Source of the DNA: Lama glama
Lineage: Eukaryota
NCBI GenBank assembly: GCA_028534125.1
Contig: CM052816.1
Coordinates: 43,402,001 to 43,466,000, forward strand
Reading direction: 5' to 3'
Length of the DNA: 64,000 nucleotides
Shown: in pieces, positions 26,002-39,163 of the stretch
Layout: every line of letters begins with the position of its first letter
Position numbering within the stretch: the first letter of the stretch is position 1
Translations under genes and position numbers: made by a program
Notes under the pieces: model-generated
Databases searched by the model: none
The model's input: the letters and a program-made list of their open reading frames with translations, nothing else
What the model was told of the DNA's origin: nothing

Positions 26002-26110
26002 GGGGGAGGGTATAGCTCAGTGGTAGAGTACATGCCTAACATGTTCAAGGTCCTGGGTTCAATCCCCAGTACCTCCATTAAAAATTAAAAAATAAAAACC
26101 TAACCCCCCA
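26002..26110 (+). mobile_element. tRNA-derived SINE (camelid vic-1-like)
   Basis: ggggagggtatagctcagtggtagag...ggtcctgggttcaatccccagtacctcc. Pol III A box TAGCTCAGTGG and B box GGTTCAATCCC, then an A-rich tail and aaacctaacccccc. Confidence 0.85.
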
Positions 26111-26761
26111 ATAGTACACAGTTGTGTATTAAATATATAGTACACAGTTATATATTAAAGATTAAAAATGTTTGTAATAAATTATTTTTTTTTCAAATAG
26201 AAAGTGAAGATAGGTGTTATCTTAGGATTTCTAACTTATTTCCATTACCTGGTCTTGACCAAGCTTAGGTTCTCCCATCTCTTGGTGAAAAGTGTGTAAA
26301 CATTTACATTTCATTATAGAAACTGCATTTTAAAAGCTCAATATCTTACTTAAAATTTTGTTTGCATTTTCTCCATGTACTTGGTCTTATTTTCTCACTT
26401 TGAAATAACTAGTTTAATATTAAATTTGGTTGTATAATTGTACTTTTTATTAATGAGAAAAGATAAAAATCAATCATTAGAGAAGAGATTAAAACAGAAA
26501 AAGTACTGAAAAAGAAGAGGAATATATAGGAAGTCCTGTAGTGAGTTTAGCTTAAATCAATGTAAATCATGTCACTATTTGAAAAATGTATGGTGTTTGA
26601 AAGGATCAAAGAAAACCACACTAGAACTTATAAGCAGTTATTTAAGTAGACTGTACAATATGTGACCCTTTGTTTCTGCTTTCTTTCACTTAACATAATG
26701 TTTTTGAGATTCATCCTAGTTGTAGCATGTTATCAGTACTTCATTTTCTTTTTATGGCTGA

Positions 26762-26763
<2 letters not shown>

Positions 26764-26803
<40 letters not shown>
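26764..26803. repeat. (AC)20 microsatellite
   Basis: Perfect dinucleotide run. Confidence 0.95.
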
Positions 26804-26805
<2 letters not shown>

Positions 26806-27420
26806 ATACATACCTCAACTCATTTATCCATTTATCCACTGATGGCCATTTAGGCTGTCTCTATTGTTTAGCTATTTATGAATAATGCTACTGTAAACAT
26901 TCATGTACAAGTTTCTGTGAGGACATATGTTTTCATTTCTATTAGGGATATACCTAGGAGCAGAATTTCTGAGTCATATGGTAATTCTGTGTTTAACTTT
27001 TTGAGGAAAACCAAATTGTTTTCCATAGTAGCTGTACTATTTTACATGCTTATCAGTAATGTACAAGGTTTACTAGTTTTCTGTATCCTTGCCAACACTT
27101 GTTATTTTTTATTTTTGATTAAAGCTGTCCTAGTGGATATGAAGTGTTTTCTCATCATGCATTTCCTTAATGACCAATGATATTGAAAGTATTTTTCTGT
27201 GCTTGTTGGGTATTTGTATGTCTTCTCTGGAGAAATGTCTATTCATTTACTCATTTAAAAAAATTGGTCTGTTTGTCTATATGTTGAGTTGTAAGAGTTC
27301 TTTTTACATTCTGGGTATTAATCCTTAATCCAGATAAATGACTTGCAAATTTTTGCCTCCATTCTGTAAGTTGTCCTTTCATATTCTTGATAATGTCCTT
27401 TAATACACAAAAAAATTTTC

Positions 27421-27468
27421 ATTTTTATGAAGTCCCCTTTATCTATTTTTATGAAGTCCCCTTTATCT
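27421..27468. repeat. Perfect 24-bp tandem duplication
   Basis: atttttatgaagtcccctttatct x2. Confidence 0.95.
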
Positions 27469-29530
27469 ATTTTTATTTTTATTGCTCATGCTTTTGGTGT
27501 CAAGTCTAAGAATCCATTGTCAAATCTGAGGTTATGAAGATGACCCTTGTGCTTTCTTCTGATAGTTTTACAATTTTAGCTCTTACATTTAGATCACTGA
27601 TTTATTTTGAGTTAGTTTTTGTATAAGAAGTAAGGTATGGATTCAGCTTCATTATTTGTATATAATTATCCATTTTCCCTTCACCATTTTTTGAAGAGAC
27701 TCTTTTTTCCTGTTGAATGATCTTGTCAAAAATCAATTGGCCATGGCTGATTTAATTTATTTCAGGACTCTCAATTCAATTCTGTTGGTTTCTGTATCTA
27801 TCTTAATGCTGATACTACACTGTAGCTTTGTAGTAAGTTTTGAAATTGAAAAGTGTGAATTCTCTAGCTTTGTTTCTTTTTTTCCATATTGTTTTGTGTA
27901 TTTGAGGGTCCTTGCAGTTCCATATGTAAGTATAAGAAATTGTAGTTTACTTTGGGGAGTATTGTTAGCTTAACAACATTAAGCCTTCCAATTCATGAAC
28001 ATGGGATATATTTACATTTCTGTAGGTTTTCTTTAATTTTTTCAGTGTTTTATAGTATTCAATGCATAAATCTTTCATCTTGGTTAAATTTATTTCTCAG
28101 TATTTTGTTCTTTTGAATGCTATTGTGAAAGGAATTCTTTTCTTAATTTCCTTTTCAGATTGTTCATTGCTGCTGTGTAGAAACAAAGCTGATTTTTGTG
28201 TGTTGATTTTGTATCCTGCAACTTTGCTGAATTAATTCATTAGCTGTAGTAGTTTTTCTTTGTGGATTCTATGGGATTTTGTATATATAGAATCATGTCA
28301 TCTGCAAATACAGTTTTACTTCTTTCTGTTTCTAAAAGGCGTCATCAGTTTGGATCCATTTTATTTCTTTTTCTTGACTAATTGCTCTGGCTAGAACTTT
28401 GGTACAGTGTTGAATAGCAGTGTTCAAAGTGACATACTTGCCTAGTTCCTGATCTTAGGGGAAAAATTTTCATTCTTTTACTATTGAGTATGATGTTAAC
28501 TGAGTCCTTCATAAATTCACCTAATCATGTTAAGAAAGTTTCCTTCTATCCTAGTTTGTGAGTGTTTTTATTATGAGAGAGTGCTGAATTTTGTGAAATG
28601 TTCCTTCTGTATGTATGGAGATACTAATGTTTTTTTCTTCATTCTCTTAATGTGGTGGTGTGTATTATATTGATTCATTTTTATAAGTTCAACCATCATT
28701 GCATTCCTGAAGTAAATCCCATTTGGTCATGGTGTATAATTTTCTTTACGTGCTGTTAGATTTGGTTTGCTATTATTTTGTTGAGGATTTTTGCATCTAT
28801 ATTCACAAGAAATATTTACCTGTAGTTTTCTTATTATATCTTTGGTATCAGGTTAATGCTGACTTCATAAAATGTGTTAGAAAGTTTTCTCTCTCTGCGT
28901 TTTGGAAGAGTTTGTGAATGAATGTTGTTAATTCTTCTTTAAATGTTTGATAGAATTCACCACTGACGCCGTATGGTCCTGACCCTTTGGGGAGATTTTA
29001 ATTACTGATTCAGTCTCTACTTGTTACAGATCTGTTAAAATTTTGTACTTCTTCTTGAGTCAGTTTCGGTAATATGTGTTTCCCTAGGAATTTGTCCATT
29101 TCATCTAGATTGCCTAATTTGTTGGTGTAATGTTGTTCATAATATTTTCTTAGAATCCTTTTGATTTCTGTGAGGTCAGTAGTAATGTCCCTACTTTAAT
29201 CTCTTATTTTAGTTATTTGCATCTTCTCTCTTTTTCTCAGTCTAATTAAAGTTTTTCATTTTTGTTGATTTTTTTCAAAGAACCAATTTTTTGTTTCATT
29301 GATTCTTTCTATTGATTTTCTTGTCTCTGTTTTATCTCTGCTATAATCCTTATTATTTCCTTTTGCTCACTTTGAGTTTGGTTTGCTCTTCTTTTTCTAG
29401 TTCCTTAAGGTGTGAAGTTAGGGTCTTGATTTAAAATCTTCTTTTTTCAATGTAGGTGTTTTATAGCTATAAATTTCTCTCAGAGCACTGCTTTTGCTGC
29501 ATCCTGTATGTTTTGGTGTGTTGTGTTTTT

Positions 29531-29619
29531 TTTTTAAATTTTTTTTTATTGAGTTGTAGTCATTTTACAATGTTGTGTTAAATTCCAGTGTAGAGCACAG
29601 TTTTTCAGTTATACATGAA
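29531..29619 (-). mobile_element. Extremely 5'-truncated young L1 (89 bp) with 16-bp TSD
   Basis: Same 3' end as 38635-38715; perfect TSD ggtgtgttgtgttttt at 29515-29530 and 29620-29635. Confidence 0.92.
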
Positions 29620-31825
29620 GGTGTGTTGTGTTTTTATTTTTATATCCCAAAGTATTTTTCTAATTTTCCTAGTGATTCCTTCCTTGATCTATTGGTTGCT
29701 TAAGTGTGTGTTACTTAATTTCCATGTGTTTGAGAGTATTCTGGTTTTCCTTCTGTCATTGATTGCTAGCTTTGTTCCATTCTAGTCAGAGAAGATATTT
29801 TGTATAATTTTGGTATTTTGAAATTTGAAACTTATTTCATGGCCTAACATATAGTCTGTTCTGGAGAATGTTCTGCATGCAGTTAAGAAAAATATATATT
29901 CTGGCATTGTTAGTTGGTATGCTCTATATATGTCTGTTAGATGTGGTGATTTATAGTATTGCTCAAGTCCCCTATTTCACTGATTTTCTGTCCATGTGTC
30001 CTATCCATTATTTAAAGTGGGCTGTTGAAGTTTCTAGCTGTTGTTGAAGACTGTTTCTCCCTTCAGTTCTTCACTGTTTGCTTCATATATTCTGAGGCTC
30101 TGTTGTTTGATGTGTATATGTTTATAATTGTTATACTGTCTTGGTGAATTGATCCTCTTGTCACTGTAAAGTGTCTTTGTGTCTTGCAACAGTTTTTGAT
30201 GTAAAATTAATTTTGTCTGGTATTAGTATAGGTAGTCTTGCTTCCTTTTGGTTACTGTTTTCATGGAATATCTTTTTCCATCTTTTCACTTTCAACTTAT
30301 CTGTGTCTTTGGGTCTAAAATGAGTCTTTTATAAGCAGCATATAGTTGTATCATGTTTTTTAAAAATTATTTTGCAATATTTGTCTTTTAATTAGTGAGT
30401 TTAACACATTTACATTTAAAGTAGTTACTGGTAATGAAGGATTTATTTCTGCTATTGTACTATTTGTTTTCTGTGTGTCATTTTTTTGTTTTTCAGCCTC
30501 TCCAATACTGACTTCTTTTGTGTTTAATTTTTTTCTAGTATACCATTTTGATTCCCTTTCCATTTCTTTTTACATATATTTTTAGTTGTTCTCTTAGTGG
30601 TTATCACGGGGATGGCAGTTAACACCCTAAATTTATAAAGCTCTAGTTTGAATTGATACCAACTTAGCTTCAGTAACATACATTAACTCCACTCCTATCT
30701 AGCTGTGTCTTCCCCTTTATGTTGTTATTGCCACACATTGCACCTTTATGCATTGTGTGCCCATTAACCTAGACTTATAATTATTGTTTTATGCATTTTA
30801 TAATTATTCTTTTAAATGAAATAGGAAATAAAAGAAGAGTCACATACAAAAAATACAGTAATACTATGTTTTATATTTATATAGTTACCTTTACCGTTGA
30901 TCTTTAGATTTATTTACATGGCTTTGAATTACTGTCTAGGATCCTTTCATTTCAACCTGAAGGACTCCCTTTAGCATTTCTTATAGAGCAGATTACTAGT
31001 AATGAATTTCCTTAGCTTCTGTTTAATTATGAATGTCATAATTTCTTCTTCATATTTAAAGGATCATTTTGCTGAACACAGAATTCCTGATTGATATGTT
31101 TTTCCTTCCAATTATTTAAATACATTGTTCTACTACCATTTAGCCTCCATGGTTTTTGATGCAAAGTATGCTGTTAATCTTTTTGAGGATTCCTTGTATG
31201 TGATTAGTCATGTCTCATTGCTTTCAAGATTCTCTCTGTGTTTGTCTTTCAGTGATTTGATAATAATATGCCAGATTGTGGATTTCTCTGAGTTTGTCCT
31301 GCTTGGAGTTGGTTGAGAGTCTTTGGTGTATGTATTTATATATTTCATCAAATTTAGAAAGTTTCTTAATAATATTTACTTAAATATTTTTTTCTCTGCC
31401 TTGTTTCTTCTCTTCTCCTTTTGGGACTCTCATAATGTTTATGTTGCTATATTCGATGGTGTCACATAGGTCTCTTAGGCCTTGTTCAGTTTTCTTTGTA
31501 TTCTTTCTATTCCTCAGACTGGGCAGTTATAATTGTCCTATCTTCAAATTTGATGATTCCCGCTCATATCTGTTGGTGAATGTCTCATGAATGCTTAACT
31601 TTTATCTTTTGTACTTTTCAATTGCAAAATTTCTAGTTTGATCTTTTTAATAATTTCAGTCTCTTTGTTGGTATTCCTTGCTTGTTCATAGTTTTCCTAA
31701 TTTTCTTTAGTTCTTTGTCTGTGATTTTGTTTAGCTCATTAAGCATACTTAAGATAGTAAATTTAAAGTCTTTGTCCAGTAAGTTCAGTGTTTGAGCTTC
31801 CTCAGGATGGTTTCTGTCAATTAAT

Positions 31826-31846
31826 TTCTCTTTCTTTCTCTCCTTC

Positions 31847-31906
<60 letters not shown>

Positions 31907-32108
31907 TCCTTCTTTCTTTCTTTCTTTCTTCCTTTCTTCCTTTCTTCCTTTCTTCCTTTCTTTCTTTCTTTCTTTCTTTCTGTTTCTTTCTTTCTTTTTC
32001 TATCTTTCTTTCTTTCTTTCTCCTTTTCTTTCTCTCTTTCTTTCTTTCTTTCCTTTCTTTGCTTCTTTCTCTTTCTTTCTTTCTTTCTTTCCTTTCTTTG
32101 TTTCTTTC

Positions 32109-32152
<44 letters not shown>
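31826..32152. repeat. Compound (TTTC)n/(TTCC)n polypyrimidine microsatellite
   Basis: About 325 bp of almost pure T/C; source of the F/L/S ORF 31788-32156. Confidence 0.97.
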
Positions 32153-34899
32153 ATGAATGAGTCATTCTTTCCTATTTCTCTGTGTGTGTTTTGTAATTTT
32201 CTTGTTGAGATCTGGACATTTTAAATATTGTAATGTAATACTGGAAATCAGATTCTCCCCACTACACCAAGAATTGTTGTTGTTACTTGATGAAATCTGC
32301 AGTTGTCCATTTGTTTAGTGACTTTTCCAAATTGTTTTTTGCAAAGTCTGTATTCCTTGTCCTGTGTGGTCATTGTCTATGATTTATTATCTCTATGTTC
32401 TGTTATCTCTGGTCAGCCAGTGACCTGACACATTTCCGTAGATGCCTGGATACAATAAGAGAAAAAAACATTAAGGGTATTCTGTCTCTTTAACTTCCTT
32501 TAATGATGCCAGGGAAGCAGTTCAATCTATTAGGGTTGAGCCAATGGCCAGCTACTGTGCGTGCCCCTTAGTGATCTGCCAGATAGATCAAAACACAGAA
32601 CTCTGGTTTTTGGAGGAGAAGATGCCTAATGTCCACCTCAATGCCAAAAAGTTCTATCAGGAATTCAGGCCATCATCCCCATGGTTACTTTCATTGGTGC
32701 TTGAGGATTGTTGCTGTTATGCATAATGGTAACATTCACCAAAATTTATCAGCTTCTTTCTTTGTCAAGCACTTGCCTGGATGCTACAAGTTTTCAACTA
32801 GATCCCATAGTTGTGAAATACTTAATTCTGACAGTTCTTACTAGCTCAATAGTTTTTTTGGTGTAGGGACTGACACTAGAGCTTTATACTCTGTCATCTT
32901 GTACAAGATGTCACTCCCTTCCATGTTAATTCTTAAAAGTGTTCCAGTTTGGACGATAAGTTTTACTGTCACCCATTGGCAATTAACTGACAGGAGCAAG
33001 AGAAAAGATGAAAAGTTCTTACAGAAAAAATAAAGTATGAGGATCATCAATAAATGTGGACTGCTTGAAGAGTATAAGCTGTCAGATGAATGCTATAGGG
33101 TTTTCCTAGTTTTCAGTTTAATATTGTTTCTCCCCTTTAGGAAATTTTTGTACTAGTCTAGACTTGGTATAGTGAATGCCCATGTTGGAAAGGTTGACAG
33201 ATCACATTGATTTTCATTGTGAGTTTAGATATGGGGTATTGTCATTGTAACATATGAATTGAGAGGTGGAACCTATGGAACAGCCTTATCTCTTGTTGCT
33301 GACATGGGTGCCATATTGTCTTCTTCTACTTGCTTCCCCTTCTGAAATCTGTGGGTGGGTCATGAACAATTGCTTCATGGCTGTGTGCAGTCTGCAGGCC
33401 TTATGTTGTGTAGGCCTGCTATAGACAATGCTCTTTAATTGGGCAGAAAAGTTGCTACATTGGCTTCTCTCCCATTTCAGAGAGCTGAGTACATGCTGTT
33501 ACTGCAGCATTTCCAGTCAATGCCAGCTCGAGGAGCAAGATCCTAGCATTGAAAGTCAAACTAGGGGCTTGACATGGTGATGAATAGCACTGCATTTTGA
33601 GTGTTGAATCTGATTATATTTATAATGTTAGGATGTGCTTTTTTAAACATGGATTAATATGCATTTAATCATTCTGGAAATTCACTAGACTTCAGATGCT
33701 TTTAGATTTTCACTTAAGATGATTTTCATGAAAGTTTTTGGTAACTACTCAGAAAAGAGTAATAGAGTATATCTGAGGAAAATACTTCAATAGGAGATCT
33801 TTGGTTGACTTCAGGCTCTCTCTCCATCTCTTCCACACACACTCAGAATGCTACAGGTAACAAATGTAATGTTTTAAAAATGTAAGTGAATGAAAGTGGA
33901 AAAGTGGAAATGACTTGTTTACTTTTTCCTTGATCTGTATTAAACATGAATTTGTTTTGGTAAAATTAAGCAGAACAATTTCCTGTTTCTTTAAGTAGCC
34001 ACATTTTATGGTTAAATTTTAAACTCTGGAAAAAAGAGGGTTGTGATGGAATGCGTATTGAAATACTAGCTATATCATATGAGAGGACTGTGTATAGTAT
34101 CTTGACGATATGAAAACTTTCTTTAAAAATATTTTTATTATAACTAAAATACCTAAATTATAATCATCTACTAAGAAACAAATAGTTTTAATCTTTTCCA
34201 TAGTTCTCCATGTGATGTTAATGCTGTGTACATTAGTATTGATGCTTGAGTTTAAAATTTCTTTCTCTAGTATTAAAATTGCTAACACCATAGCTTTGGT
34301 AATGCACATTTGAATATTTAATTATGTTGCTATAAACAGCTTCTCTAATGCTACAGTTTCAATGAATATGATGGGCCTTCTGTTACTGCTGGCATTTAAG
34401 CAATCTTGCTTTCTATTTTTCTGTTATATACACAATGCAAATCCCACCTGAGATTTCCCCAAAGTTTTACTCGAGAAACAGAACATGATTTGAAAGATGT
34501 TTTCTGTTGTATGTTGCTCAAATCAAGCTTTGCATTGAATCAAGCCAAATGACGAAAACATAGTCCAGCCTTCTTTCCAGCAGAATGCAATTACCTCTAA
34601 GGCCTATAGTAAAAAGACCAACTAATTGAGAACACTTGTCTTTGTTTTCAGTTAGCAAAGATTCTTAGTAAGAATGTCCATTTTTAAAATTCGAAATGGT
34701 GGTTTTATTTTTAATGAACTAAGAGTTGTGAGCTCTGAAAATTAAAGCATGTGCAGGTTATCCTCTTCCTCAAGGGGACACATACTACTGCTGTGCTCGT
34801 GTGAAGTAATAATGAGATACCATAAGCAAACAGTAGATGATTCATATCAGATGGTTCTTCAATAACGTTAGGGGGGAAAAAAAGCAGCTGATGTATGGG

Positions 34900-35620
34900 A
34901 TATTGAAGGCAGATTAAGTTGTTAATGTATATTAGTATATTCTTAATTTCCTTTTAATTGAAAAAGACATATTGACTTTAATTAGAACCATTTCACAGGA
35001 ACTGTCAATTAGCACATGTCAAACTAGTTAATTCAGAACAGAATTCTTTTAATTAGGGTCTGCTTTCCTTTAACTATGGGGCCAATGAAATCAGCCTTTC
35101 CTTATCTAGATTTTAAATGTCTCTAAGACATATAATACAAATGTAGACTCTTATCTATTATTAGAAGCCCATATGGATAACATTAAAATGATGATGCTGG
35201 CATTGTTCATGCAGCACAAATCAGAGTCCCTTTATGACTGTTAGAAAAAAAATGGCTTTGAACAAAGACTATTTTAAATACCAGATTTATCCTTCTTTAA
35301 AGAGACTACAAAATTTATGACATGCATGTTCACATTTAAAGTATTATTTAATACGTCTGCTCAAATAAATGGGCCTATTCAAACGTTTTGTGTGTTCTAT
35401 CAGCCGAAGACACATAAAACATTGTCAAGCTATACAGCAACATTTTTCCCTTAAATGAACTGTAATCAAAAAGGGAAAACAGACTGAATGATTTTTTTTT
35501 GCACAACATAAAAATAGCATTGTTAACTTTCATTGCATCCAAAGATTTAATACCAATAGTTGATACAGTGGCTAAACCACTAGTAGTGAGCTAATGTGAT
35601 GTTAGTAATCAGACAGTGTA
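34900..35620. promoter_or_regulatory. Candidate conserved non-coding element / developmental enhancer
   Basis: Lies in a repeat-poor block; six TAATT/AATTA homeodomain cores and two TGTCA (TALE class) sites within 34944-35056. Conservation not verified. Confidence 0.4.
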
Positions 35621-36692
35621 AAATCTGCAACTTGGCTCTTACTTAATGTAATGATGTGGAATTATAGCATTTTAGTTACAGTTGGCATGAGGATCGGCAC
35701 ATAGAGTGAGCTTGGTGGGGCAGGTCTGTGTGGTGTTCACCTACAAAACAGGTATTCTCAAAACTGATAAAGAATATTTTAAGTTATATATAAAGAGAGA
35801 ACAAATGCGAAATCTAGTTTACTTTATCATGTCAGGTTTAGTCACTGTTTTATTGAGTTAGAGCAAGCAAGGATTTCAGAAATAAATAAAAAGAATATTT
35901 AATAAGCTGAACTCTGGATTTCAAAGAGTATTATCTGGTAAGATATTTTTTATGTAACTTCAACTTGTTCAACTTATTGTAGGTGCATTTAACTTAGTAA
36001 CAGTAGTATTTCTGAAGTGTATTATACTGTGACTGTATCAGTGACTGCATTTGTGCCAGTTAAATTAAATGAAGAATTTAGTGATTTTCTAATTTTGGTT
36101 AACACAGGCAAAACAACAAGGGCAACAAACAAGCAGATAAAAAAAATACAGCCAAAAAAATCCCATTCTTTTTCTTCCAGAGCTGACCTTTCTCTTCTGA
36201 ACTATTTCTAGAGGTGCCTTCCTTAGCTCTCTACTCTGTGTTTGGGAGTGACAGCCTGCATTCAACATGTCCATATTTTGTTTAGAAATCATTTCTATGT
36301 AGCTTTTAACTTTTTTGATGCCATTTAGGCATTTGAATCTGTGGTGAAAGATACCAATCCTCTTGCTAGAAAAATCCACATAGGCATACATGTGACTAAA
36401 GTGTTCAAGATGGGAAATCTTAACTTCTTAAAAAATAATTTGGCATAGCCTGCTGAAAGATGTAAGCTCAGTTTGATATAATTAACTATTTGTGGTGTTG
36501 CAGGCACTACACTTGGTTCTGGGAGTATAACAATGAGTAAGATGAACAACCTTAGCATCTGAGTCACTGTGACAAATTATTATCACATTTTCAGAAATTA
36601 CTATGTGATTCTTTTTTTTAACCTATTTTGAAAACTCTCTGCACTGTTTAAAATTTGATCTGTATTTACAAATCTTGTACAAGTTACCAATC

Positions 36693-36790
36693 TGTATGTA
36701 TATATGTATGTATATGTATGACTGAAACATTATGCTGTGCATCAGAAATTGACACAACATTGTAAACTGACTGTACTTCAGTAAAAAAGA
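36693..36790 (+). mobile_element. Short L1 3'-terminal fragment
   Basis: tatgtatgactgaaacattatgctgtgcatcagaaattgacacaacattgtaaactgactgtacttcagtaaaaaa, resembling the sense 3' end of the L1 type at 20915-21000. Confidence 0.75.
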
Positions 36791-37904
36791 ATGCATATAA
36801 AAACTAAAGTTTTATTAGAACACAAAAAATTATACTATATATACACACACACTTAGTGTATTTGTTTAGTGTGTGTTATTTTAGTCCCAGTTTGCTCCTT
36901 ACTTGTTTGTAGGAGTTTAAATTCCCTTTTCTATTTTAACTTGTGAAAAATTTACCCTTGGTTCATTTGCCAGCAACAAACATTTCGACCTTAGGAAATT
37001 TATGGAACACATGAGCCTTAACTTAGTTTAATCACCTAATGGTATAGATGGTAGAGGTTTTATATATTGGTAAAAATAGGCAAAAATTATTCAGTTTATG
37101 TGTTTGTGAATCAAAACCATAACCATTTAACTCTCCCTTGGTTAGCAGAATTTTAGTAGACTATTAAAATTATTAGAGGCTATGATTTCAAATAGTTTTA
37201 TCCAAATACGAACATTCTAGAAATCCCTGGAATGTTTCATTTAAAGGAAGGTAACTTTCAGATTAAAATTTTTAATGGTTGGATTTTAAGAGTTAAAATG
37301 GAAGCTTTCTTTCTTATTTCATCTACTTCTGGATCCTTAATCAGTTTGCATTAATTTTATTAGGGACTAAATACACTACTCTGTGTGTGGGATTTATGTT
37401 TTCTCCGTATGTATGTAACCCCCCTCCTCCATTTTCTACCTATGATCAATAGTTGTGTAACATATCAATTATATATTATATTATAATTTAATAAATTTAA
37501 TGTTTTGTGTCTTCACTGAGACTGTGTTCATATAGCTTTTAGAAAGTGATAGGGAGATATTTATTTGTTTCTATTCTTATTTTCATTAGCCAGTCTCACG
37601 TTAGTTTGGTTCAATACCACAAGTATTTATTAAACACTTATTATTTCCAGAGACAGTTAACATTAGGCATTATCATGTTGAACATTAGTTAAAACATTTA
37701 TTTGCTTTTATCTTGACTATGTGGAATCTATTAAGAAGTATTAATGATCAGTAAATTAGGAATTGCCTTTTTCAAAGCTATTTATTTATTTAGTGCTTTA
37801 GAGTTGAAGTATTTTCAGGACCATTATCTTATACAGGATGAACAATCCCATCATTACAGGGATTAGTTTAATTTCCTTCACTGATATCATTAGGGGTTCT
37901 GCAT

Positions 37905-38107
37905 ATGGAAAAGCTGGGTTCAAACTTCAGTATCACTGTTTACTAGCTTTGTGAACTTAGATAAGTTTCCTAACCTCTCAAAGCTTCAGTTCCCTCCTCA
38001 GAAAAATGGGAAGAATAATAACTACCTTATAGTATTGTAAGGATTACATGAAATTTGTAAAGCATTTAGCATCATGTCTGTTATATACTCAGTAAATATT
38101 GGTTTCT
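37905..38107 (+). mobile_element. MIR SINE
   Basis: ctgggttcaaac...tttactagctttgtgaacttagataagtttcctaacctctc...cttcagttccctc...aaaatggg...gtaaagcatttagca. Confidence 0.85.
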
Positions 38108-38624
38108 ATCCCTTTTTCAAGCAGTTTTGTTGTACTAACTGTCCTTACTGGGAAATGCAGCCATTTGTTAAATAAATTCACCCTTAGATGGAAATATAAA
38201 TTGTCAACATGAGTGTTCTGCTAATTTGATTTTTGATGGATATTAGCAAGGAGGAACTGTGCCACTGTCTTTGGTGTGTCAGGAGAAGCCAGTTAATGAC
38301 AGTCATCTACTTTTGACCCGCAATTTTTTCTTCACTATGCGTATGAAATATTTTATAACTATCACTCAATGAAATAGCTTCTAACAAAACCCCTTTGTTT
38401 ATGATAGTTCAGTGTAGAATATTAAAATATTCTTGAATAGCAGTGTTAGCTCCTAAAAATGCAAAAAAGATATATAAAAATAACATAATTATACCAACCA
38501 AAGGAAATCACTGTAAATATTTTGGTGTGTTTTATATTTGTGTTGAGAATTTTATTAGGTCATTGCATTTTATTCATAATTGTGATTTAAATAGCTGCAT
38601 AGTATTTATTTTTAAATCAAAGCT

Positions 38625-39163
38625 TTTTTTAAAACATTTTTTATTGAGTTATAATCATTTTACAATGTTGTGTCAAATTCCAGTGTAGTGCACAATTTTT
38701 CAGTTATACATGAACATATATATATTCACTGTCACATTTTTATCTCTGTAAGCTACCATAAGGTCTTGTATATATTTCCCTGTGCTATACAGTATAATCT
38801 TGTTTATCTATTCTACATTTTGAAATCCCAGTTTGTCCCTTCCCACCCCCTGCCCCCCTTGGCAACCACAAGTTTGTATTCTTTGTCTGTGAGTCTGTTT
38901 CTGTTTTGTATTCATTTTATTTTATTTTTTTTTAGATTCCACATATGAGCGATCTCATATGGTATTTTTCTTTCTCTTTCTGGCTTACTTCACTTAGAAT
39001 GAGATTCTCTAGGAACATCCATGTTGCTGCAAATGGCGTTATGTTGTCGGTTTTTATGGCTGAATAGTATTCCATTGTATAAATATACCACATCTTCTTT
39101 ATCCAGTCATCTGTTGATGGACATTTAGGCTGTTTCCATGTCTTGGCTTTTGTAAATAGTGCT
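38625..39163 (-). mobile_element. Young lineage-specific 5'-truncated L1
   Basis: Well-preserved ORF2 C-terminus (AKTWKQPKCPSTDDWIKKMWYIYTMEYYSAIK...LSEVSQKEKEKYHMRSLICGI), 3'UTR and poly(A). Confidence 0.95.

Larger units (their letters stand above)
26655..32925 (-). mobile_element. Near full-length ancient L1 (L1MB-like), ~6.3 kb, inactive
   Basis: Continuous antisense L1 sequence from the 3' end through ORF2 (start-like TLNVNVLNSLIKRQ in ORF 30360-30563) and ORF1 to a 5' end (ctgtcatcttg...gatgtcactcc); many stops and frameshifts. Confidence 0.85.

Noticed and set aside
26002..26075. tRNA gene
   Set aside because: A and B boxes are present, but it continues into a SINE body and A-rich tail with no T-run terminator; it is a SINE.
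31788..32156. 122-aa F/L/S-rich ORF resembling a membrane protein
   Set aside because: Translation of the (TTTC)n microsatellite.
33481..33560. Acceptor cttctctcccatttcag suggesting an exon
   Set aside because: No good donor nearby and no recognisable peptide.
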